Shown here piece by piece: positions 21,794 to 33,455 of a stretch of 64,000 nt of DNA. Source of the DNA: Podarcis filfolensis (lineage: Eukaryota); assembly GCA_964270895.1 (NCBI GenBank), contig OZ185449.1, one strand, 5' to 3'. Under the pieces are notes generated by a model, which saw only the letters and a list, made by a program, of their open reading frames with translations, made no database searches and had not been told where the DNA came from. A program made the translations under genes and the position numbers. Position 1 is the first letter of the stretch. Every line of letters begins with the position of its first letter.

Positions 21794-24700
21794 TTTCCCT
21801 GCCTCTGGTCTCCCTGTAATGAAAGTATTGCAATAAATTTGGCTAGATTTCACACTACCCAAAGTAAGTTACAGAATCTGCCCTCGGAATTCTCAAAAGC
21901 TTTCTTTTCGTGAAGGAAGCTTCCATTTTTCTTCCTCATTCTCAGGACACTTGAGAACTGCTTTAGAATTTCCATGGATGTGGACTTTTGAGTTTTTCTT
22001 GTACATGTGAGGGGGCTGAGGGTGGTGTGGTGTATGTTTTTTCTTTCTGGTCAATTTTTCTCAAGCATTCTGAAGCCTGCCTGCCTAACTACACTTCTGG
22101 ATCTTGGGGGTGGGGGTTACTTCATGTTGTCTTCTCCTGGGTTTTATAATGAACCACAGGCACCAGGGAAGGCTGAAGAATGCAGACCACCAGAAAGATG
22201 ATCTTTAGGGTGAAAGGAAGGACACTCACAAATACCCCTCTGCCACCTCAGAAGTAGGTAAACATAACAGAACCACGGCATTCTACATGACAAATTCTTA
22301 GAAGGTTTCTCTCCTTTTTGACAGTTTTCAGATTTTTGCTTGCTTGCTTGCTTGTATGTATGTAGAATGCAGACTACTGATAAGACAATTGCAGGATGAA
22401 AGGAAGGACACTCACAAACTTCCTTCAGACACCTCAAACGCCACCCATGAGAATTTCATTGAAAGTTTCTCTCCCCTTTGATAATTTGCAAATTCAAATT
22501 ATTTTCTCATTAGTAGATGGAGAATGGTTGGCGGGGGAACATGAGAAAAATTTCTGGCACAATGCTAGCTTTTTCCATTTTGAAAGAAATCGTTCCGGGG
22601 TGGTTGTTTCTTTTCTGTTTGCTTGCTTGTTTGTTTAACTCAAAGCAGCTCTGCATGCATCTGAGAGCAAAAAAAGGGAAGCAGAAGCTGTTTCACTTTT
22701 ACCCTTCTGGCCATTGTTATTTTATTTTATTTCAAATCACCCTCTGCACTTTTTTATATTAATTTGTTGTTTATTTGCTTGGGCATTTCTGCACTGCCCA
22801 ATCAACTGTGTCCTCGGGGCAGCTCTCAATTTAAAAATCAATAAAACACAAATATAATCAACAGTACTAAAAAACAATATAGGAACACCAGCAGCATAAA
22901 ACCATACAAGGGCATAAAATCATTAAGTGGTACTAATAATAAAAAAGAGGGGAAAGACAAAATAATACTGACAAATCAAAGCAGGCAATAAGAAAAGCCT
23001 GGGAGAGGGGAGGGAGGGGCCTTGCACCAGTAATGGTCAGTAGGGCTGGTGCACTCACCTGATCTCCCATCACCAGTATCACTGCAGCTCATTGTAGCTG
23101 ACACAATGCAAACCCACCAGCAGAGACAATCTAGCACTATTGTTGGTTCATTTGCACTGTACTGACCTTGCCAGCACCTCTCTTCACCGCTCTCCCTCCT
23201 GGTAAGTTGCTCCAGCATTCCTCAGATGAAAATAGGGACATTTCACACTCCCCACCCACCCAACTGACTCCCCCCCCTCATTTTTGTCTCAACCACCCCC
23301 GAGCATTTCCACCACCACTTTGCCAACAGGACGCAGCACACACACCCTCCACTGTCCTGAGAAGACCCCTTAATCCTGATTTGATTTGATTCTTTGGTAG
23401 ATTTACAAAAAAGAAAAGCAGACACCAATAAATAAACTTTAGAAAAGCGCAAGACTGAACGTGGATGCACAAAGCATTTTTTTTAAAAAAAATCAAGACT
23501 CCTTGCACTCCAGGCCCCCTTTCTTCCCACCCAGGGAGGCCCTGCCCTCTGCCTGCACCTCAGAGCCAGCACTTCATGCAAATCTAGGCTCAGCAGCAGC
23601 AGCCTCTTCTCACCACCACCACACTCCAGTAGCCACTATGAGCTGCTCAAGGGAGGAGGCTGATAGCAGTGGCCATGGAAAGGCAGCAGGATGCTCCCTC
23701 ACAGCCACCACTGCTGTCACCACAGTCACTCGGGCCAAGCGCCAGCTCATCCACCTCCCCGAGCTTTGCGGTGGCGGAAGTAGTGGGGCAAAGAAACATT
23801 CCAGGATCAAATCAGAAGCTGTGGTGGCTTTCATAATTCTGGAACTGCCCCTGGAAAATAGTGGCATTTGGAAGGTATGGCATTGTGGCTATTAACATGA
23901 GGCCAGTTAAGTGTCCCTACCCCACTGATCATAACTGTTTTGCATGTATAAAGGGGGAAAGAAAGAAAGAAAAGTGACCCTTCCCAAACAGCTTGGGGAA
24001 AATGATTTGGAAATGAAAAATGGTCTGGGGAGGATAAGATTAAGCAGCTTTCCTCCAAAGAACTCAAGATGGCATATATGGTTCACTCCCTTTTCTCCAT
24101 TTATCCTCACAATAACTCTGTGAGGTAGGTTAGGCTAAGAGGCAGTGGCTGCCTCAAGGTCACCCAGTGAGCTTCACACCTCAGTAGGGATTTGAATTCT
24201 GGTCTCCCAGATCCTAATCCAGCATTCTAACAATTCCAATAAACTAGCTCTCTTCCTGAACATGATTCTTCCATGCCACATAAAAATAAAAGAAGTTTGG
24301 GTGTAATTTGAATCTACTGGTGCCCACATTTACAGTGATCTCATTGCTGTGTTTTATACTGGTCCTGCCACCTAGCCTCCATGCATTAGGCAGAAGATCT
24401 GCAAGGGGCATTGATGGGCATGCACACACACACACACACACACACACACACCACAATCTTCCGCACTATCAGGAATCCTGATTACACAGAATTCTCTCTC
24501 ATGCAGTTGTGCTGGCTGGGGCTGATGGAAGTTACAGGCCAAAACCTCTGGAGGGCATCAGACTGAGGAAGTCTGGACTACACTCCCTCATGGTTTGGAA
24601 TTAGAAACTTGGTACTGCAAATTGCAAACTCTGTCGATATTGCTCCCTGCCTCAATAGGCCACTATAATTTTCATGAGGCTGCATATGTAACTCAGAGGG

Positions 24701-24982
24701 CAACAACTTTTTAGGCCCATGGTCATATATGGATTTCTGAGCAACCACCATAGGGGACTTCCCCCTCCGGTCACTTCTCTCTCACCTCCTATCAGCCTAT
24801 TCCATCCCTGAAAGACGGAAAGGGAAAAGCAGCAGACACACAGACTTTGCTGTCCCAAACAATTTGAGTAAAAGTCAGAAAGAGCAGAATTACTCTGAGC
24901 CTTGAAAAGCACATTAGAGCTGAAAGTGAAAATGGGAGTCCTTCTTTAGCTCTATGTATTTCTCAATGCAGAGAAGGATAAC

Positions 24983-25257
24983 CATTGGCGGATGAAGGTG
25001 GGGTGGTCCGAACCAGGTACCATCTGGGGGGTGACAGTGCCCCTGCCCCCCAATGCTCGGCACTCACCACATATCCCCGGAGACACTCGCCACGCATGTC
25101 CCAGGACATGCACCGCTTGCCACGCACCCCCCAACACACGCCCCCATGGTGGTGCACCATGCCCCCTGGGACATGCACCACACCCCCTGGGACACGCACC
25201 AGCCACGCCCCCAGATATACACCGCTCCCGGTGCTGGAGTTGGCAGCTTTGCCACTG
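24983..25257. mobile_element. hAT MITE (CA[G/T]TGGCG termini) with internal ~20-bp tandem repeat
   Basis: TIR CATTGGCGGA / TTTGCCACTG; perfect TSD AGGATAAC (24975-24982, 25258-25265). Confidence 0.85.
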
Positions 25258-25784
25258 AGGATAACCACTTGCTGTAAGAGGGTAATGAGGGGTGTTCAGA
25301 CAAATTGTGACCTCAATGATTCAGTTGCATCATATTCACGACCTCTGAATTGTTTAAAATGCTTGTGTACAGAAAACAACAAGCTTGTATTGACAAACTG
25401 ATAATGAATGAGCTTTTAAAGAAGGCTCAAAGGATATTATCCAGGAAAATAAAAATAAAAATGTTATCTGAATATACCCACTGTTGCATTTTAGCAGCAA
25501 ATAAAGAACCAACCCTGTGTCTTCTGCATATTTATATCAGAAATGGGAGGGGCAAGCACTGTCTGTTTTTAAATCAGCACAACACCCTAGAGACCAGGGA
25601 TTAAAGAACAGCAGAAAGAATTCTAATCCTCAGTGTCCTCATTTTCATTTTTTTTTTCCTTTTCTTTAATTAACTAAGGGAGAGATTCTGCAACATTTAC
25701 TATTGCATCAGACAATAAAGGCAACATAAAGACCTTGTAAAAGGTACCATATGGATAGTCAAACACAATTAAAACATAAGGGGA

Positions 25785-25973
25785 AGGGACATAGCTCAGG
25801 GGTAGAGCATCTGTCTTGCAAGCAGAAGGTCCCAGAGTCAATTCCTGACATCTCCAAGTAAGGTTGGGATATCTTGCCTGAAATCCTGGAGAGCCACTGC
25901 TGCCAGTGTAGGCAATGCTGAGCTAGATGAACCAATGGTCTGACTCAATATAAGGCAGTTTCATATGTTCCTA
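25785..25973 (+). mobile_element. Squam3-like tRNA-derived SINE; further copies 46080-46225 (-), 53795-53940 (-)
   Basis: A-box CATAGCTCAGGGGTAGAGC, B-box-like GAGTCAATTCC, body CCTGAAATCCTGGAGAGCCACTGC, tail ATAAGGCAGTTTCATATGTTCCTA. Confidence 0.8.
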
Positions 25974-28352
25974 TGTAGCAGCCACACTAAGCACCTTGCA
26001 CTGCAGACAGGGATTTCTGTTATCCAGAGATTATGTACAAATCTGGTATGTGGATTTGGAATATTAGCATGGCTTCTACACAGGGATGGGTAAATCTCTT
26101 GATTTTGGCTTCTTTCCATTCCTTGTTTTTTTTTTTTCAGTCTTCAGTTCAGTCCCACATCATTTTGCAAAATATATTTTAAGTCCTCATTAAACTTTGT
26201 CAAATTTCCCTTAATGCAGACATTGGTGTACAGAATGTTTCATAGTAAACCTATTTTTTTCTGATAAAAAGCATGTAATGCTATTTTAGTAATATATGCA
26301 TTTAAGTGCCTGTTTTAGTCCAGCACATGTTTTTGCACACATTATTTAGTTGGAGAACTACACTGAAAATTTGGAGATTTGCAGAATTCAAAAGAAAGAA
26401 GTATGGCCTAGGAAAACTCCCAAGGGTTGGCTGGCTGGAGAGTGGTTTGGAGGGCCACATCCAACCCTCAGGCTTGGGGTTCCTCACCCCTGAAACAGAA
26501 TGTGTCTTTAAACAGAGGAATGTCCTCTGCAAAGTATGATGTATGGTCACCCTAATCTCACGTGGCACCACCCATCACCCTGATAGGGTCAACACTTGGC
26601 AGGGAAAGGACTCTTGCTACGCTGTTGAGACATCAATACCTGTCTTCATCCGTTCCCCTCCCATTCATGGTGACACCTAGGGTCATTTTACCTGCTGCAT
26701 GTCAGGACCAGTTCCGAGGGTGTGGGTAGTGTAAAGGAAGAAAGGCAATGAGATGAGCTGGCTAATTCCATGCATGTTCACTCTAGGGTTGGATCTGCTA
26801 CTACAGATTTCAGTGGTATTTGCTACCAGGGCAGTGTGCATAAGACTGAAGTGTAGGGATTGGCTTCCATTCTCCTGTGGACTCCGTACACACTGGGATT
26901 CATAAAATAAAAATGGGTGGTCTAGCTTCTGTGGACAGGAGCGCATGGGAGACTTGGGAGCTGTGGCTCCCCAGTTGCTGTTGAACTCCCATCAGTCCCA
27001 GTCAGCTGGGCCAATAGCAAGGGGTGGTAGGAGTTGGAGCTCAACAGGAGGTTCCCTGTACATGACTTATAGATACTGACAATCTAAACTAGTTGTGAAG
27101 CTGGACAAGAACTTTACTGTCTCCTTTAAGGAAGAGCAGGCAGGATAGACACAGAAAACTAAGCTTGGTGACACCAAGTGGCTAAACCTTTTAATGGCAT
27201 GACCCATGCACCCTGCCTCCAGGATACCTGTAGCCCATAAATCTTCTTTCCATACACTTTTTGCAAGTAAGTTCTATAACTGTGTGTGTGTGTAGTGCCA
27301 CATTACTTTTACCGTTCTCCAATTAATCACAAGCAATATTTATGCACAGAATATCCTATATTTCAATGTTAGTCATAATGTATGCATTTTTCAACCTTTT
27401 AAGCTGTTTGTGCAGCCGCTGATTAGATGTCTAATTAAAACTTCTGTTGAGTTTGTCAGGTTAGACTTTGACTTCATCTAGCAAAGAGGCAGAATGGAGT
27501 AGTAGAGAAAAGTGCAAGGAGGGTCAGCCACATGAGCAAATTAAAAACTGAGCAGTGCAGCTTGAAATTCATTAGCATCTTGGCTGGGGAACACACAGGG
27601 CTGTTCGTTTGATCGGAGGGGGAAACTGGGCTATTCCCTCACAGAACCTCTGATCCTAGAGGTCTATCACAAAAATGAGTGGAATGATGAAATGAATTTA
27701 TCTCCCTGACCAAAGGTGATCTTAGTCCTGACAAAGAATCAGCCAGCACCCTTTTTTAAAAAAATGAAAGTACCCCTCTCTTACTCTCTCTTTTTCTATT
27801 TAACCTTCTGAGCAACAGCAGCAGTGGCAGCCAACTTGAATAAAATGGGGGGGGGGTCAGGTAAGCCCTTCTCCTCATAATCAATCATTTGATGTGGTGC
27901 ACGAACACCATTTGAAAGGCAATGCCCATCAACTTTGGGGGAGCCCTGGTCCCTTCAAATATTTTATGGGGGGGGGGGCAAAGAACCCTCAGCCCCTAGG
28001 AGTTGGCTCCTATCCCTGAAACAAAAGCAAAAACTATGAATGTGATACTGATCCGAGGAATGTGCCACACCAGAAAGGGATAGTTCTGAAATTCCCCTCA
28101 TTTGAATTGTTCAAGTTCCAAGTTGTTTTGATTTGATTCCAAAGCAGAAGTGATGCAGTTGGGGATTAGGGGTGTGCACTGACCACAAGATTTAAGTTCA
28201 GACCCTAATTCAGTGCTTCAGGATTCAGCGGTTCCAAAAACAGCCCACCTCAGTTTAAAGCACTCTGGAGGCTGCCTGATTCAGTCGGAGTCCAAGTCGA
28301 CTTTGCGGGGTGTGCTACAGGTTTCCTTCCCTGCATTTGCTAATGGGAATTA

Positions 28353-28586
28353 CAGTAGTACCTCGGGTTAAGATATTAATTCGTTCCAGAGGTCCGTTCT
28401 TAACCTGAAACTGTTCTTAACCTGAGGTACCACTTTAGCTAATGGGGCCTCCCGCTGCCGCCGCGCCGCGATTTCTGTTCTCATCCTGAAGCAAAGTTCT
28501 TAACCCGAGGTACTATTTCTGGGTTAGCGGAGTCTGTAACCTGAAGTGTCTGTAACCTGAAGCATCTGTAACCCAAGGTACCACTG
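28353..28586. mobile_element. Tigger/pogo-type MITE
   Basis: TIR CAGTAGTACCTCGGGTTA / TAACCCAAGGTACCACTG flanked by TA on both sides; internal AACCTGAAG repeats. Confidence 0.9.
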
Positions 28587-28791
28587 TAATAAAAAAAGAA
28601 ACTATAACTTTCATTCTTTTTTTATAGAAGTGGGTATAATTTGCCTCTTCAGAGTGGATAAAGTCTGCCAAAGTACAGAAAAATAAGTGCAGGGAGTTTT
28701 GTGCTAGGAACCTTTGAAGTTTGGTTTCTTTTGTAGCCTTTTTTTTTGGCAAAATGTGATGCAATTTGCAGGTGTGTGTGTATGTGTGTGT

Positions 28792-28833
<42 letters not shown>

Positions 28834-29894
28834 CACAGGCACACATAGGCATAAAGAAGAAAATAATAATAGAGGCAATGGGGTCACTGATAAATAATAC
28901 CATAAGTAAATATCACAGGATAAACTAAGGTACCTGTGTTTGAAAAAGCCACACACTCATACAAATAACAAATTTATAACATAATACGTGGCTTAATGAA
29001 TTCACTTGAAACAGACTAAATAAAACAAATTGCATTGAACTTAAAGCAAACTCCTCAGACCAGAATAATTTGAAGGTGAAGGTGTGAGGAGGGGGAATCC
29101 ACTGCCTCTTTTAAGAAAAACAACACAAACAACACAAGATAAACAACAGCAAGAGTCAATCATAAGGAGTAAATGAAAAAGAACTATAGAATTTGAAAAA
29201 AGGGGTAGGTAGAAGAAGGAACTGGGTTGGACTTAAGCAAAAGAAAGGTCTCCCTTCAACTGCTCCACTAGAAATCTTTTAATAATGTTACTGTCCCCCA
29301 TAGGCATAATTTTCAAAACAGCAATAAACACATGAGATCAAGGCTATATATTTACTTCAATATCCCTCCCACAAAGCATTTGGATTGAAGGGTCCGAGTG
29401 AAATCATCCCCTCTGATTACAAGTTTGACATGTCAATCATAAAAGAGCTTCCTGTATTTCCACCTTGGTGTTTGGTCTCCCTTCCCTGTTCATCACATCC
29501 TTACATTTGCCCTATAAAGGCAAGCTTAGAGACATTAGTTTTCCTTTTAGCAGACACTTGTATGCAGCACTTTTAAAGGAAAAACCCCAGTCACTGAGCC
29601 ACCACAAAATGCACTTAGGTTCTCCCCTTCAATTTGGAGCTCCTCAAACAGGTCCTACTTCACCTATTATAAGCACCTCACTTTGGCTCACAAATCATAC
29701 AAATCCACTGACACTGCTTGTTTCGTGTGGTATTCATTTTTGCAAATTCTGTTGTGCATGCCAAATTTGTGACATCTTTCAGCTCCATCTGGTTCATTTG
29801 TGACTTTCCATTTCCTTTTATTACTGGTCTGCATTGCTTTTTGAGTAAACACTGCATAAAGAAAAGAAAATATTGATGTGATTGTATCTTCAGG

Positions 29895-29967
29895 GCACAG
29901 CCTGAAGCCCATGATATATCAGTCTTGCTGAAGCTAAGCAAATCTGAGTCTGATCTGTGCCTGGATT
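29895..29967 (+). mobile_element. Degenerate 5S rRNA-derived SINE head (not a functional 5S gene)
   Basis: GAAGCTAAGCA (29930-29940) is identical to the 5S box A region; the downstream 26 nt match 5S at about half of positions and end in TGGAT. Confidence 0.4.
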
Positions 29968-31620
29968 ACAACCCCTACCACAAAATATAAAGCAAATCCA
30001 ACAGTTGATCCTTTGGGTCTACACAGAACAAGCCCCCATCCACTGACCAACATTGTGTATTGTACACGGATCACTGATGTGAGTCATTCCTATAATGGTC
30101 TCTCATATGCATTCAATCATACTCACTTTGAGTCGTCTACCAGTTGAAATGTAGACATTAACACAACCACTTCATTAATATTCTTAGATCCTCAGAAAAT
30201 GAAGGTACTGAGAGAGTTCTAAATTGGGGGTGAGAATGTTTGGAGCAATTAATAGATTTCAACCTCACCCCCAGTCATAATAATACCATCATTCAACTGC
30301 TCTTTTCAGTTCACCCCAAAATTGCTGAAAATGAATGGGATAATACTTTGGCTCAGCACTCATTATTTCCCAAAAATGTTGGCAGATCTTTGCTGAATAA
30401 AGAACTGATGTGACAGGAAAAATGACCTTAGAGCTCCTGGGAAGACACCATCCAGATATTTGCTAAATTTAGATGATTCTCTCTGACAGAACAAGGGTAC
30501 AAGGGGTCTGACCTCCCACCAGAATAATTGGGGCTTCATTGAACTAACAGCAGCATGGGAAGTCCAGCAGCACAGTGAGATTCATTGTTCCCAATTTTTT
30601 TGCCCTCTGTTGAAGTTAATAGGGCTTTTGGCCTCTGTGTTTTATTTGTCCTTTGGTTCAGCTCCAGTATAGGCTATACAGCAGAAGATCAGAACACTTT
30701 ACAAAGCTGATTCACATGCATATTGACTTTACAGGCTGACTCCACAACTGCCTTTGCCTGCTGTGTTAGTTTTGGAGAATTACAGGAAACAAGAGTGCCT
30801 TTAGTTCCATGGCCCTATGCTACCATGCTTGCAAGAGACGCTGCCAGTCAGTGTGATTGTCATCTTTGGATTTGACCAACAAGGCCTTAGGCTGTCATGT
30901 TTTGCTTCAAAATTGGTCAAAGGTTGCTGGAACATGGATAGCTCCAAGTGAGCAGCTGATTCCAACGAAGGTTGGGAGCAGACTGAGGGCTTATATGGGG
31001 CTGTCTTCACACTACCCACTCCAAGCTCCATCCCCTTAAGAGAACTTCAGATCCTTGAAGGTCAAATATTTATGAAATCAACACACACACCATGCAGCCA
31101 TTATTCAGTCACCATATTCAGATGGCACAACACCATCGAAAATGCTCGAGCCAAATACTTCAGTCAAGTACTAAATAAATAAGCAAATAATGCCGTCCTC
31201 TGCTGATGTCCTATGCTGAGCTTGCTAAGAAGCTTGTGGGGCAAGTCAGCACTGTGGAGAGTTCCACAGCACTGTGGAGAGATGAACAACTTGCTCCAAC
31301 AAAGGCTGGGCAGTGGCCTTAGTCCTACCCATTCTAGGCTCGTAGCCTAAAGACAAGTGATTATCCACCCCTCTGTGAATTTCTGTCTCATTTTATGCCT
31401 ATGGCATTGGGTAAGCACTGTGTTTGACCCCTCAAGTGAATCTGGCTTGGGGGAAGGCATTTATTAGGGTCCTGGCCAGGGCCAGATTTATGTATAGGCT
31501 AAGTAGGCTGAAGCCTAGGACCTCTAAATTTAGGGGGCCTCACCAGTCCGCCCACTCCCCAGCGCTGCAGTCTCCACTCTCCAAAATTGCAAACCCAAGA
31601 CTTCCAGCAACTATGAGACT

Positions 31621-31785
31621 CAGGGCTAGCCAGTGGGGCCCAATTTGAAGCTCTGGGGCCCAACTTGGAATCTTAGAGATATAAATACAATCCATCTAGA
31701 TTGCCCTGGTGCGGGGGGTCCCTTAGGAGCAGCCTGCAGAGCCCAATTTGGCCCAATTGCTCCAATTGCCTTAAGGCCAGCCCTG
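31621..31785. mobile_element. hAT MITE nested in the hAT element
   Basis: TIR CAGGGCTAGCC / GGCCAGCCCTG; perfect TSD ATGAGACT (31613-31620, 31786-31793). Confidence 0.9.
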
Positions 31786-31869
31786 ATGAGACTGTGCAGG
31801 GGTTGGGATGACAAGCGCTGCCACTTCTAGGTCCCTGGTGTCACTATTCAGAGTACAGACTCAAGGACT

Positions 31870-32742
31870 TGTAATGGAAATAAAGGGGGGGATAAAGGGG
31901 GGGCACTTACTGGAAATCATTTTTGTCACCTCTCAACACCTCTCTTCTCTCAAAACCCCAGGACAATGAGCCTTTGCACTGTTAATGGAGAAAGCTCGCA
32001 AATTGTATCCCTTCTGGTTTCTATTGGCAAAACTTGTTGCATTGCTGCAAGAAAGTGTCAAAATTGTATCCCCTTATACTTGACCATGCTAATAGACTAC
32101 TACCCTCTGAAAATCACATAAAATCAATGTCATAACCAATTCTCCTATTTCAATGACATTTGCTTCAAAAGGAAAGGCGGACTTGGACATCGCCTTCCTC
32201 CATAATCCTCTAAGGGAGAGGTCATGTACTCAACTTGGATACTACCCTCTCCCATAATCCTTGGGATATACAGTCAAGTACAGAGCACCCCTCCCTTGAG
32301 GGGAACAATGAACATCCCTTGATGGGTTTCCTGAGGCCAGGTGTTCCCACAGCCCATCCTCAGGAAGGCCAGAAGGCAAAGATATGCATAGATAGTTTTG
32401 TTGTTCTTTAGGTGGCGGGTACTTAAGGTGTTAGGAACTTGATCTGATAACTGGGGCAAGTTGACGACTCCCCTCCCTCCTTGTGACATGATGATGATGT
32501 ATCAGTGATGGTTCTGGATATGTATTCTAGGTAGGGAGGGAAGGTCTTCAAAGAGCTTGTAGCCCATGTTCAGGGTTCTTACTCTGTTGTGCAACAATAA
32601 GGATTGTGGTCTACTGACCACTGTTTTGCTCCTGTATTTGGCTGGAACTTCCTTCTTCTACTAAACGCGGAGACCTGCAGGGACTTTTGCCCTGACGAGC
32701 TGGGCTGTTGAGTATCCTCGCACCCCAGAATTTTCCATCTCA
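31870..32742 (+). mobile_element. Putative ERV-like solo LTR nested in the hAT element
   Basis: Imperfect inverted termini TGTAATGGAAA / TTTCCATCTCA; 4-bp flanks GACT/GAAT; decayed TATA-like and AATAAA-like motifs in the 3' part. Confidence 0.55.
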
Positions 32743-33189
32743 GAATCCAGAGCCAGCAGGCCCAGAGAGTCAACAACCAGCTGCACAGCCTTCCCCAGCT
32801 CAAGGGTCAGGTCAGTAGTGGTACGTGCTGCACTTCAATCAGTGGGAGAGTGCAAGTTGGGGGGGGCAGCTGGGGCAGATAGACTAGGCAAGCAAGCTCT
32901 CCCAAGTCCCTTCCATTCCTTCCCTCCTCCTTGGCTTGAACAGAGCAAGGCAGGCACATGTGACTGGCCCTGGCCTCACCCCTCCCAGGCAGAGAAGTCT
33001 ATCTTTCACACTTCACAGAGCCCTGTTGGTGCCTGCAGCATGCACTGCAGATTGCCCCCAGGCAGAGAGAGGTCTTGGGGATCAGGGAAGGCAGCAGTGG
33101 GAAGGGATCCGCGGAGGGATCCAGAGCTACCTGTAGAAGGCAGGAGGCCAGGCTGCAGGTTGGTAACTGGACCTCATCCTGATGTTAAT

Positions 33190-33455
33190 GGGAAGGAGGA
33201 GACCAGGCTCCAAACTAACAATCTTTTGCAGAAAATGGAAGAACTGAAATCTGTGTTTATGCTGCATTTTTGGACCCGTGTGCTAGGTCATTTTCACAAG
33301 GTCAGCAAAGCCCTTCAGAAATCAGACCTGTTATTGAGTTCTTGTGCAAATTTGTACAGTTCACCTCTGGATTTGTTTAAGGAAAATTAGAGATGATTTT
33401 GATGAGCTTGAGAAACAAGCAAAAGCTACCTTGCCAAATGTTAACTATGAGGAAG
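33190..33455 (+). pseudogene. hAT transposase fragment (ZMYM1-like/hAT type)
   Basis: NNLLQKMEELKSVFMLHFWTRVLGHFHKVSKALQKSDLLLSSCANLYSS..., then after a frameshift IRDDFDELEKQAKATLPNVNY. Confidence 0.8.

Noticed and set aside
23461-23895. 144-aa ORF with AAAA and HHHH runs suggesting a transcription factor
   Set aside because: No domain, no splice support; the low-complexity CAG/CAC runs sit in GC-rich, probably transposon-derived sequence.
24952-25401. Six overlapping ORFs
   Set aside because: Products of the GC-rich tandem repeat within a TSD-bounded MITE.
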